64,000 bases of DNA from positions 62,001 to 126,000 of the forward strand of contig KZ538551.1 of assembly GCA_000934665.2 (NCBI GenBank), given 5' to 3'. Below are positions 1 through 10,732 of this stretch, piece by piece (the stretch's first letter is position 1; every line of letters starts with the position of its first letter). The position numbers and the translations under genes are program-made. Under the pieces are notes generated by a model that was given only the letters and a program-made list of their open reading frames with translations, did no database searches and had not been told where the DNA came from. Source of the stretch: Catajapyx aquilonaris. Its lineage: Eukaryota.

Positions 1-250
1 TTCATAACAATATGGAACAACACATGAGGGTTTGGCCTTTTATATTTTGAGCATAACTTTGCCTGCTAGTCGTCTCCACTCCAAAATGAGAGAGAATTAT
101 ATGCAAACCTGTAGGAAACCAAACCACACCCGCTGGCATTTACATTTATCTGGTACATTTATTCCACATAGAACAAGTCATAAATATATTTTACTCAACA
201 CGCATGTATTGTAAACATAATTCCATCTGAAACCTCTACTCACAGCCCAT

Positions 251-1279
251 TCATACGTATACCTTGTCAATTATGTGTGTCACACATTGCCTGCAAATGG
301 GGCATGTAGTTATGGGCATCATGGATTGGAGGCACTGACTACACAAGCAAAAGTGCTTGCAGGGTAAAAGAATAGCTGCTTTAGGCTCTGATTGACAAAT
401 AACACATGTCAGTTCGTCATGATCTCCAGAATGCTCTTTTATACTTTCTGCCGGCCTCTTCATTAACTCTGTCAACCGTTTCCAGGCTGCAAATGGCGCG
501 TTAATTGTCCAGGTTGCCCATCGCAGCATGGAAACCCAAAAGCGGATCCGCATCATAATCCACATTATCACTGTGAGTAAGACCAGGCCTGTGTACGTTC
601 CTGGTGGGGTGTCCATAAAAAAAGTCATCATGGACATCACCATTGAGGACAATAAGGACATGATGCCAAACACAGATCCGATGGCCACATTCGCCAGAGT
701 TAGGGCGACTTTGGCAACAGTGACAAGAACATATCTGGTGATGTAGTACGGAACGAATGGCAGATAGGAGACTCCTGTGTAAACGCTGGTTCCGAGCAGC
801 ACCATAGAGGCTCGGAGGAGGATGAAAGGTGCCAACACCACCGACTTCAGGAAGGCCAGGAGGTCCAGCACGGAGAGGCCAACCTGCAGAATGTAATGTG
901 TTACATCTCACGTATACGAAGGTTAGACAGCATGTAAGTGCGCTGATCTCACCTGGCCGGAAATCTCAACTGTAGTACCCAACGCCAACATAACAGACTC
1001 TCCCATCAGGTGGCACAGGCTATCCATGATCCTGACCACTGCCGCAACCCGTCCTCCAAGCTCCACCGCAAACGAGACAAACTCCTCGATCAAGACTCCA
1101 ACTCCCATCAGCACGTCAGCCATCCCCATGACCACCCCTCTAATGAGGGTGGCCACAATGGTCACGATGCCCTCCCCCACCACATTGCTATAAAATATCA
1201 GCAGGACGCCTCCGATCCACGTATTCTCCAGCACCGACTGCACCAGTCCGCTCACCAACTGCAACACTCCCACCACCAT
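251..1279 (-). CDS. RNF26: RNF26-like multi-pass membrane RING E3 ubiquitin ligase (coding exons 953-1279 and 251-883; ~319 aa)
   Basis: Long hydrophobic N-terminus plus C-terminal RING CVICQSEPKAAILLPCKHFCLCSQC...CPICR...KVYV. Phase-0 GT-AG intron 884-952 joins ORFs 923..1315 and 251..871. An acceptor at 1298 precedes the chosen ATG; a probable 5' UTR exon has a GTAAGA donor at 1690. Confidence 0.8.
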
Positions 1280-1389
1280 CGTCGTCGTCTGGTCGCCCTG
1301 CAACGTAATTATCATTAGAAAAGTACTGATGGAACCAGATGGAACTGTCAGCTATAAACTTAACGAATTAACATCATTACGCACATAAT

Positions 1390-1632
1390 GTATTGCATGT
1401 TATGTATTACATTACTATGTACACATTACATGTTATGTACTGTACAGCATGTATTACATGTTATGTACTGAGTACTGTACAGCATGTATTACATGTTATG
1501 TACTGAGTACTGTACAGCATGTATTACATGTTATGTACTGAGTACTGTACAGCATGTATTACATGTTATGTACAGTGACTTACATGTTATGTACAGCATG
1601 TGTTACATGCAGCATTATGTTATGTACAGTAT
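1390..1632. repeat. Minisatellite, ~35-bp unit (GTACTGTACAGCATGTATTACATGTTATGTACTGA), in the putative RNF26 first intron
   Basis: Three to four near-perfect tandem units with degenerate flanks, read directly. Confidence 0.9.
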
Positions 1633-2334
1633 TACAAGGTGCGGCCAAGGTGCTACATTATGTAGACTGAATACGACTGAAGGATCTTACACGACTGTTG
1701 GGATGTCCTTGCAAGAGGCGATGATGTTCAAGGCTTCTGCTGGTTCCGGGTGATGCAACTCGAGGGCAGTGTGTTGTTGGGACTCGACCAAGTTCTGCCC
1801 CTGGTCCGCCCCTGGGTCCGCCCCTAGAGCGGGCAAAGCCAGGCTTGAAGCCTTCGCATCGTTTTTGGATTCTTCTTTTTTTTTGTTATGCAAGATATGA
1901 AAGTTCGAATGCAGGGTTGCCAACATGTTAGCGTCAGCCTAACGTTCTCGCAGCTGTTGCCACATTTTAATCATATTCATATTTTAATTACATTTAATGA
2001 CAGCTACCATTGTTGGATAACCTTGTTGCGCTTTGAGGTCGCGTTTTCAAGAGGAGTCATGAAGCAGGGGAGCCAACAGAACCTGTTCAACCGCCAAGAT
2101 TCGAAATTATACGAATAACTACGTACCTCATTATCTTCCCTGGAAGTCTGCACACAGCCATTGTAATGTAATTACAAATAAATTAGACCAGTTGGAACCT
2201 GCCAGCTGCAACAGAACATGAATCAACAGTTCGACATGTACGAAGTAAGTGTTTTATTCAGAAGAAATCAAATCTTTCACAAACATTGATAGCTTAACTT
2301 CAATAAGGTACAAAATGAGGTCATAAACTCTTTT

Positions 2335-4896
2335 TTAAATTGGAGCGGGTGTGGGTACGTTTATGAGAGGCGAGTCCAGTACTTCAGTCGACGTCTGGCT
2401 TGCAGGTAGGGCTTGTATCTGCTCGTTTTGCTCCAGCAGTGATTTGTACAAGTCCTGTACAGACTCGCTGTGCTGTAACGCAACAATTAACAGGTCATTA
2501 CAAATTATATATTTTTTTGGAAACAATTCGGATATCTTATCGTCACTTGCAAGTACAGAAAAACACAATCATGAAATTATCCAAAAATTGAAAACATGAC
2601 CTTTGACTTTTATATCACTTTAATGGCATGTATTTATTTACTTACTTACGTACTTGTTTATTTTAAACTCTATGCTCACATGTAATATTTCAGACCATTA
2701 GAAATGGCATTGCAGACAAACCTGTGCGCCTGGCTGCAACGCTTTCATTAGAGTGTCCATCCTAGCTGGAGGCAGCTTCGCATGGACGTACCAAAGCAGC
2801 TTCAACAAGTGTGCAGTAACATTCTCCCTGGTCAAACCGGCAGAAAAAAACTCGTCGAACACTACGGTGCAAAAGTCCTCCGCCGCAAACTCTTCAGCGC
2901 ACGACGACACCAAGAGGGCGACCAGTGAGTGCAAGAACGGATCCTCGTATGCCCTTTCAGCCTCGCAACTGGCCAACACACCCAGAACCCGCATGAGTCC
3001 GACCCTGTCACGAGTCTTTGCCGTGTGCAGGGTGTAGTACATGGCCAGCGTACTGGCCACGCTGCTTTCCTGCACGTAGGCTTGGTACGCATCAGGTGGT
3101 GGGCCGGAGTGCTCGATAATTGTAAGAGCAGATTCCCGCTCATCAGGTGGCAACTTGCTGTTAGTGAGCCGTATCTGGTCATCAACCATCAACGAGACGA
3201 GAGCTGGAAGGAACTTGCTGACTATCTGGATGTTCAGCTTCGGCTCCTTGAATTCCTGTGAGTTGATCATTTCCCATGAGCCGAGTCCGAGAGACAGCAT
3301 TCGCAGGAGGAGGATCAGCACCGTATTTTCCTGCAAGATCAGACATTGCAAAGTGTTTGTCACAGAATGGAAGTTGAAATCCTTACCCTCGGTAGTCCCT
3401 CCAGGTTGATAAGATGCTGCAATATCTTCATGGCAGATGTTGCCAGGAAGTTGACGGCATATGGATCGCACAAGATCATCGAGAGGTCACCCAGCACTTG
3501 CTCCTGCCCTCGTTGGATGCTGTCCAGAAACCCTTGCAGCTCTCTGGACCGTTTAACGTCCACGTTCTTCTCCCGTACACATGCGTCCAGACACCAGGTG
3601 AACTTGTGGCATGGATCGACCGATATGATGTCTTGGACCTCCAGGTCATGAAGGGCCATCAGAAGCTCAGCTCGAAGTGTGCAATAGTGGATGTTACGTG
3701 TACGAAGGAACAATGTGCGGAGAAATTGCAGCACCATGTCATACAGCTTCACTTTCGAGCCGATCATATGGGCAAGCTTCTGGACCACCTCGCCTTGACG
3801 TCGCATCTGGAGATATAATCACATTAAGGTTTGTTAAAGTATTTTCACAGAGTATTGCTGACCTTAGGCGACGGGCTGAAGAACAGGTTGTTCAAATTCT
3901 CGTGGTTGAACAGTATAGCATCCTTATCCTTGACGTACTGGTTCAATAGAGGCGACACCTCGTCGCCGAACAGTGAGTGGTGGTCCTTCCAAATCTGGCG
4001 TTTAACCTCAGTGTCGCAGTCGTCGTACAGAGCCTTGTCGCTCACCTGCAACGTATCATTGCTGATTATGCCGTTTTTGTGCAATTTTAGCAACAATTTA
4101 CCAGCACTTTCAGGTACTTGTCTTCAATGTGGCTTATATTCTTGAGGATCCCCATCACCACCGGTCTCAACTGCTTCACCTTGATCACCGGGAAGCTCTT
4201 GACCAACAATTCCTTCAGCTTCTTGTCCTTATCTTTACTGTCGCTCTGTCCCAACTCTCCCACCTTCAGCACCAGCTTGTCCCTCAGCTCCTGCAATTAA
4301 AAAAAACAAATTAAACCCAATCATGAACTCAACATGTTACAACCGACTTTACCTCCATCACGGTTATGTGGAAGTCCAACCTCTGAATCGAATGAAGGTC
4401 AAGCAAGGGCAGCATCGGTCTCAGCGACGGCAACAGAATCCCATTTTCATGCTGAAATGTTGTGCAATATTAACCTGCGAACCACTACACACATCTCCAT
4501 CTCCATTACATAAAAGGCAAAGCTTGTTTGTCTGCCCATGGCAACAGTTTGTCCACGACAACGGTTTGCCTGTTTGTCTGCCCATGGCAACTACACTCAT
4601 CTCTACTTCTATCTCTATCATATAAAAGACAAAGCCTGTTTGTTTGTCCACGGCAACAGTTTGTCCATGACAACAGGATCACCATGGCAACGACGTGTAA
4701 AGAACAGGCTCTGCTGCTAGTTAATTATTCTTCAACTTTCAACAGGCCTTGAGTATGCGTAAAATATTTTCATATGCACCTGAAATTCCTCGATGGCTTT
4801 GAGCGGGTCGTTGCAGTTGGTCAGGGCGTCCCTGAGGTCATCCCTTCCTGGAATCCCAATCTCCTCCAGTCCAATGTCGCCCATAAGACCTGCCAT
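2335..4896 (-). CDS. NELFB: Negative elongation factor B (COBRA1), 7 coding exons: 4780-4896, 4353-4451, 4102-4290, 3863-4045, 3387-3806, 2722-3330, 2335-2472; 584 aa
   Basis: Recognisable segments ENGILLPSL, EVKRQIW, LFGDEVSPLL, LYDMVLQFLRTLFLRTRNIHYCTLRAELLM, VDPCHKFTWCLDAC, QEQVLGDLSMILCDP. All six introns are GT-AG and phase 0; the spliced frame is continuous (1755 nt). AATAAA on the minus strand near 2253-2258. Confidence 0.97.
4497..4720 (+). mobile_element. Non-autonomous Helitron-like repeat in a NELF-B intron
   Basis: ATAAAAG-AAAG-(GTTT)n head present twice, and a 3' end GAACAGGCTCTGCTGCTAG ending in CTAG. Related copies at 23169-23470, 34836-35050 and 38337-38438. Confidence 0.55.
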
Positions 4897-5055
4897 TTTT
4901 TTTTTCTTCCACAACTTCTGCAACATAAGATCAAAATGCAAAATGTCAATGGCACACACTCTGCCATTTTGCTGCATTAAAAAAACTGGTGTGCCACCAA
5001 ACTTACAGGTTCAGAACGTGCCCCTGATATCGTGCGACAAACCGTACCTGCTTAC

Positions 5056-5594
5056 ACCCAGCCAATTCGTCCAGAATTCGCCAAAACAGTGCAAAATATT
5101 CGCAAATTAATGGAAAAGATGACACCGAACCAGCGCCATCTTTGAATCCGAAGCTTCACGAACCGGCCGCTAGAGGCGTTATTCCTACAAAAATCATAAA
5201 ATATTTTAAACATATTTTGCCCCAATTTTAATAATTACTATTTAATTAGGATATGCATCAATGTTAATTAAGTACGCCCTTGTTTTAACTTGAAGCAACG
5301 TTGCCAATTTGCTGGCTCTGGAACAAAAATGGAACAATGGCAGCTTCACATGTTTTGAACTGTGGAAAAAAAAAAAAAGTGTGTTCGACTCACGGTTCTA
5401 CTGAAGGTTCTGCAGAACGCGGGTTAGAACCGGTTAGAACACCTAATGAAGAACAACCCTGGGTCAATTTAATGGAATGGTAGGTACCAGGTATGGCCAG
5501 ATGTGTAGGTATTGTCTTTCATGTCATGCGAATGGCCAATTCTAATTAGTAAGTCTAATAAGACCATGGCATTAATTACAGCGCATGAAGCAAG
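5056..5594. promoter_or_regulatory. Divergent promoter region between NELF-B (5' UTR exon, donor GTAAGC at 5055) and the TFIIB-like gene
   Basis: Head-to-head arrangement. YY1-type motif AAAGATGGCG on the minus strand at 5134-5143; CTCF-like CCGCTAGAGGCG at about 5167-5178. Confidence 0.55.
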
Positions 5595-8500
5595 ATGGAT
5601 GACGACACTATACACGACATATTGCTGCGGAAGAACCTGCCTGGGTGGGTCAAGCAGATCGTCGTGGAGAGCGGCTTGCTGAAGAATCGGCAGGAGTTGT
5701 ACGGCGTGGGCGGGGAGTACGTGGTGAGGTGGGTCAGGGTCGCTCAAGAATGGATGGCGCGGAGGAAGGCGGCAATGGAGGGTTGCCTGGATTTCAGGCA
5801 GTTGGCAGAGGCCGCTTTTCAGGCGGAGGAGCTGCCACGCTACCTGCCCATAATCGCGGCTACGGTGCAGGAAGTGTTGGAGGAATGTCCGCCACCCCCG
5901 CATGAGGTATGACGAGGGTGCCATATGTTAATAAATTAAAGAAAATTAATAGCTATTTATATTTGCAGGCACCGCAAGGGGATGATGACGTCATTTGCAT
6001 CGAGTCGTCTTGGATTCCCCGGGATGTTGAAATGGATGACGTGAGCAATTTCTTTGCGGCTAAACTGAACGTGTCTGAAAATCAACAGCCAGTGATTGAT
6101 GTCAATTCTCAAGGAGCAAATGGGTAAGTGCGGTGCAGCATTCAGGTGCACTGTACCCCCGATTATCCGAGCCGCACTGTTGTCGCCAGATAATCGTAAG
6201 ACATGGATAATTGGAAGATAGCTTAAAAATGAGCTCACCACTGGTTTTAAATGAATGACTGTACATACTGTATTCTGCTTTAAATAAGATTTAATAAAAG
6301 TTATTTAAATGTCCATAGATTTTTAGTTTGTATTCTGGAAAAAGTCTGTTACATTAATTTTCTTTGTTTGCAACAATTTTTGGGGGGCTTCACTTTGTTG
6401 TAGCCGTGCACAGATAATGCGTATCACGAATAACCCACACCCGGATAATCGGGAGTACAGTGTATTTCGTAACAGTTGCTCTGACCTTATGGATGGTAGT
6501 TGAAATATACAGGGTGGGCGTAAAGTCCCAGGACACCTGGCCTTTTTTTCCCTGCAAAACAAATCTGTGCATGGAAAATGTGTCGGAAATGCTGGTGTAA
6601 CATCTTCTGGACACTGACGGAACTGTTTGATGAGGGGAGACATCTGAGGACCCCCAACAACACCTATAAAAAGCATTTAGCAAGGGAAGTGTCTTTCACG
6701 CTTTCCGTCTTTCACATTTCCCATGCTGAATGCTTTTTTCTCCCACTCGTTCAAGTTACTTCTTCTCGGTGGGACCTTACCAAAAGGAGCCCTGACGATA
6801 TCCTGCATGATGTGCGTTATGTTCTTTCCCACATGAGGCCTCCCGTGGACCCACACAGTAGCCACAAGTCTCTCCTCCACAGTGAACCCGCTCGTATCTG
6901 CCATCTTGCACTGTTAACAGTGTTAACTTACTGTGGGTGTTGTTGGGGGTCCCCAGATGTCTCCCCTCATCAAACAGTTCCGTCAGTGTCCAGAATATGT
7001 CACACCAGCATCCCCGACACATTTTCCATGCGCAGATTTGTTTTGAAGGCAAAAAAAGCCAGGTGTCCTGGGACTTTTCGCCCACCCTGTACATAAAGCA
7101 AAGTATTGAAGAGTATTGGAGAAGATGGTATATGCCGATTTCATGTGGCCTGACCAGTCACCAGAGGGTTCATTGTATCGGTCAAAGAGATGGCCAGATC
7201 CATGTGTCTGGTTATTGCTGGCCACCCCTTAATGGGATCTAGGCCGTGATGAATTGTATGTACGTTGCAAATATAATTTTGGAATAATTGAATGGCCACA
7301 ACAACAATTTTCTTTTTAGGGTGCATGCAAGTCATTGGAGGTATGGTAAGTGAACCAGATTGTCCCACAAGCAATTTCGTCAAGTTTAAAAATATTTTTT
7401 GTTCCGTTTTGTAATTGGACTGAGGACATGGGAACATCAGTCTGCATTCAAAAATTATTGACTAGGATGCAGATTTAAATTGTGAGAAATGGCACAACTC
7501 AATTTGACCCGTTAATAATAATTGTTCCCATTTGCATGCTGTTCATGTATACCAGTCACAGGCTCGAAGACTAATTTGGTGCTTTCAGATCTGGAATGTG
7601 CCAGCATGTGACACCATCTGGCACCTATGATGACCCTATTATTCTATCATCCGATGATGAGCTGGAAGTAACTTCTCCACAGCCATACGAGTTGGAAGTA
7701 ACCTTTCTACAGCCAGACATTATTCCCTCAGGGAGCGTACCAACTGTAACACTTCCGCAGCCAGAGGTTGTTCTCTCAGTGAGCAGACCAACTGTAACCC
7801 TTCCGCAGCAGCCAGAAAGTGTTCCCTTGGTGAACATACTAACCGTAGCCCCTTTGCAGCGAGTAAGTCGTCCCTCAGCAACCAAGAAAAGGAAAAGGGT
7901 GACAGTACGTTCTTTGGCTTTTTACTTGATGGAATTTTCTTGCACGACTACTTGAGTTGTGAGACGTACGATAGACTGCTAGTTGACAATGATGGCACAA
8001 CTGCTGCAGAGAAATATGTAGTATGTAACAGAAGGCTGATCCCATTTCTAATTTTAGAAACCAACGGCGGCTCCTGAGATTGTTGAGACTCCTGATATAT
8101 ACTCGTACATACATAAATTTGGAGGCAGGATGAGGCTTTCAGGAGAAGTGGTTCGGAGAGCAATAGCCGTATGTCAGAAAACTAAAGGAATAGTACTTTT
8201 CCCAAGGAAAAAGGACTACAACGCTATGGCAGGTGCTTGCATCTACGTTGCATCTCGCTTGGAAAAACAGCAACGAACAATGATGGTAAGTACAGGCTAA
8301 GGTGCATATTTTACACTTTTGCCGGTCATCATGACATTATTTACTTCCTGGCATGTATGCTAATACGTGTATCACGCTTCCTTCGTTTGAGCATATCACA
8401 CGCATGATAGAAAAACCGCACGAATTTTTATTCTTACAGGAAATAGTTTCTGCATGTCAGCTACAGGGCAGGGGAAGGATACATCTCTACTTCATGAGGA

Positions 8501-9084
8501 TGAAGAAGCGTGGCATCGATGTTGGGGAAGCCATCAAATCTGTGGATTTAATCCCACACTTTTGCACAGAGCTACATTTCGAGGATAATGTCTCAGGAGC
8601 AGCCGTGTACATTGCTACCCGGGTTGACCAGTCTGGTGAAGTTGCTAAAGGAAGAGGGCCTGTAAGCGTGGCTGTTGCAGCCATATACACAGTTTTCAAG
8701 GTACATTATATGTTAAATATCCATGTGCAATGTCTAAAAATATTCATATGTAACAGCTTTTATTGCAAGGTGATGTCATGAACATGTTCATGAAGAACTG
8801 GCATGTTTACACATACTGAAGTGATTTTGTATTGCCCTGGTTAGTTGTGATCTTGCTACACTTACCACATTTTCTCTCCTCTCTTGCAGTCATTGAAGAG
8901 GTGTGATGATGCTCAGAAGATTGTCGCACATGCAGGCACAAAGGATTCTGTCATTAGGCCAATTTGGAAAGATGTAGTGGCCAAGGAAGAGTTGCTCTTC
9001 CCAAATGGCTATCTTCAGAAGCTTGCAGAGAGCCACGGAGCAGCAAAGAACCCCCACTCCCACTCAGCACAACTGGCAGGTTGA
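5595..9084 (+). CDS. Divergent TFIIB paralogue lacking the zinc ribbon; exons 5595-5906, 5969-6123, 7589-7904 (alternative donor after 7862), 8058-8285, 8440-8700, 8890-9084; ~488 aa
   Basis: All junctions are GT-AG and frame-compatible (1467 nt, no internal stop). Exons 4-6 align to the TFIIB core: YNAMAGACIYVASRLEKQQRTMM vs [37 protein letters not shown] vs [23 protein letters not shown] vs AGVADVTIR. The last two introns lie at the same positions and phase as in the neighbouring TFIIB. The link to exons 1-3 is inferred from splice phase only. Confidence 0.8.
6149..6462. mobile_element. pogo/Tigger-like MITE
   Basis: 21-bp TIRs with one mismatch: CACTGTACCCCCGATTATCCG (6149-6169) and CGGATAATCGGGAGTACAGTG (6442-6462), followed by TA. 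Confidence 0.7.
6510..7089. mobile_element. Tc1/mariner-type MITE with ~155-bp TIRs
   Basis: TA|CAGGGTGGGCG...CGCCCACCCTG|TA; arms 6510-6664 and 6936-7089 are near-complementary; TA target-site duplication. Confidence 0.9.
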
Positions 9085-9231
9085 TCCTAAGAATAAACAA
9101 TAATTATGGAGTATTCAGACACTACTAAAAGTAACGTTTTGTTGTGTGCAAAGGAGATTGGCCAAAAAAAAAAGGGTATTGATTACGACACTTATTTTCA
9201 ACTGAAGTTCTAAGTCAGAAGTGTAACATGT

Positions 9232-9382
9232 AAGCCGCTTTTACATGTGAGGGATGTTGCAACAATGACATATCGCTCAGCGAAAGTAACAATTGTGGTT
9301 ACAATAATATATTTTCACCCCAAACAATTTGTCTCATCGCTGCAACATCGCTGATCAAATCGCTCACATGTAAACGCGGCTT
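9232..9382. mobile_element. Small MITE (possibly PIF/Harbinger-like)
   Basis: 20-bp TIRs matching at 19/20: AAGCCGCTTTTACATGTGAG and CTCACATGTAAACGCGGCTT. Confidence 0.6.
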
Positions 9383-9665
9383 TGTACCTATATTTTTTTA
9401 AAGACTGGAAGCCTATTTGTAGCAGTGATGGGCACCATTCAATTCAAAGCTGAATCAGGCCACATTTGTCCAGTGAATTAAAAATAATTGGATGTGAACA
9501 GCAATGAGAATTGGAAAAATCTGAAGTGTGTAATGAATGGGACTGAATAAATTCAAAGGGAGACGTGGAGGGCTGAATAGTTGAAATACGTACGGAGCAG
9601 TGAATGATGCCCATCTCTACTTTTTTATCAATCTCATACAAAGAAAATGTGTAAAATGTACACCA

Positions 9666-9763
9666 GTGTACTATGGGCGCCAAAAGAATTGACCGGAGTT
9701 GATGGGCATATAGCGCCATTTACCCATCAACTCCGGTCAATTCTTTTGGCGCCCATAGTACAC
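9666..9763. repeat. Perfect 41-bp inverted repeat with a 16-nt loop (mini-MITE or hairpin)
   Basis: Arms 9666-9706 and 9723-9763 are exact reverse complements; internal TA|CTATGGGCGCCAAAAG termini. Confidence 0.9.
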
Positions 9764-9799
9764 AGAGCACATGGAGTCGTAATGGTAATAGGCCTACAT

Positions 9800-10300
9800 G
9801 CATTTTTCCTCCTTGGGTCATGTTAAGTCACTAATGATATTAAGTAAAGATGATCATGCAAAGTACATAACAAAAAAGGGGAATACAGAAGTATTCATGA
9901 TATAGTTCCCAAATTGCTGTCAATTAATTAAATTGTTTTCCATATAATTGTTTTGCCCTTAGATTTTAGATGCATTCATGTTTAATAATACGTGCTTTTT
10001 TCTACCAGGAACATGTTAATAAGTCACTAATGACATAAGACTGATCATGCAGAGTACAAAGTAATACGAAAGAGTTTCCAATGTTTCACCAATTGTCAAT
10101 TAATCGAAATGTAATTGTTCTGTCCTTGTTTTTAGATGCGTTCAGGTTTAATGGTGCTTTTTCCTCCCAGTGACATGTTAAGTCACTAACAACGTTAAGA
10201 AAGACTAGTCACGCAAAGTACAAACCAAAAAAGTGCAATGCAGAAGTATTCATAATATTTCCACAATTGCTGTCAATTAAATGTTTCTCATATAATTGCT
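9800..10300. repeat. Three degenerate tandem copies of a ~160-190-bp unit
   Basis: CATGTTAA(..)GTCACTAA...TCATGCAAAGTACA...TGTCAATTAA recurs at about 9819, 10012 and 10174. Confidence 0.75.
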
Positions 10301-10687
10301 GTAATTTGCATTATTTTAGCCTGCACTATTTATATGGCGTCGAGCATTTTATTTTCATAAGATGTATGCTCACTCATTAGATACAATCATGTACCTGAAT
10401 TGAATAAAATAATTTTTCAGCAATTAAGTGAAATTTTTGAATGACGTAGTTTGTCTAACCCACGCCAGATGGCAGCACTTTCCTGACAGGTGACACATCC
10501 TGGCACCAAAGCCCACCATTTTCTCCGAACTCGGGCCCGAGAAAAGATCAACACATCTGCAGCGACACCGCCATGGGCGCTGCAATTGTGGGCAATGCAT
10601 TGCATACGGATCCGCCCCGGGACACAGCGCCTCTTCTGGCCGAATAGTAAACGCATCTGAATTTACGCAATCCGTGGCCTACTTGTA

Positions 10688-10732
10688 TGACGTCACGATT
10701 GGAAAAATCGGGGTTTGATAAAATGGCCGCCG
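10688..10732 (+). promoter_or_regulatory. TFIIB proximal promoter motifs
   Basis: CRE palindrome TGACGTCA (10688-10695), inverted CCAAT box ATTGG (10698-10702), and YY1-type AAAATGGCCGCC overlapping the start codon. Confidence 0.55.

Noticed and set aside
1390..1632. CRISPR-like regular repeats (also 32497-33172)
   Set aside because: Tandem units without unique spacers, in a eukaryotic context with no cas genes.
6323..7242. Cluster of ORFs up to 172 aa with mirrored peptides on both strands
   Set aside because: Products of the 155-bp TIRs of the MITE at 6510-7089; no transposase or other recognisable motifs.
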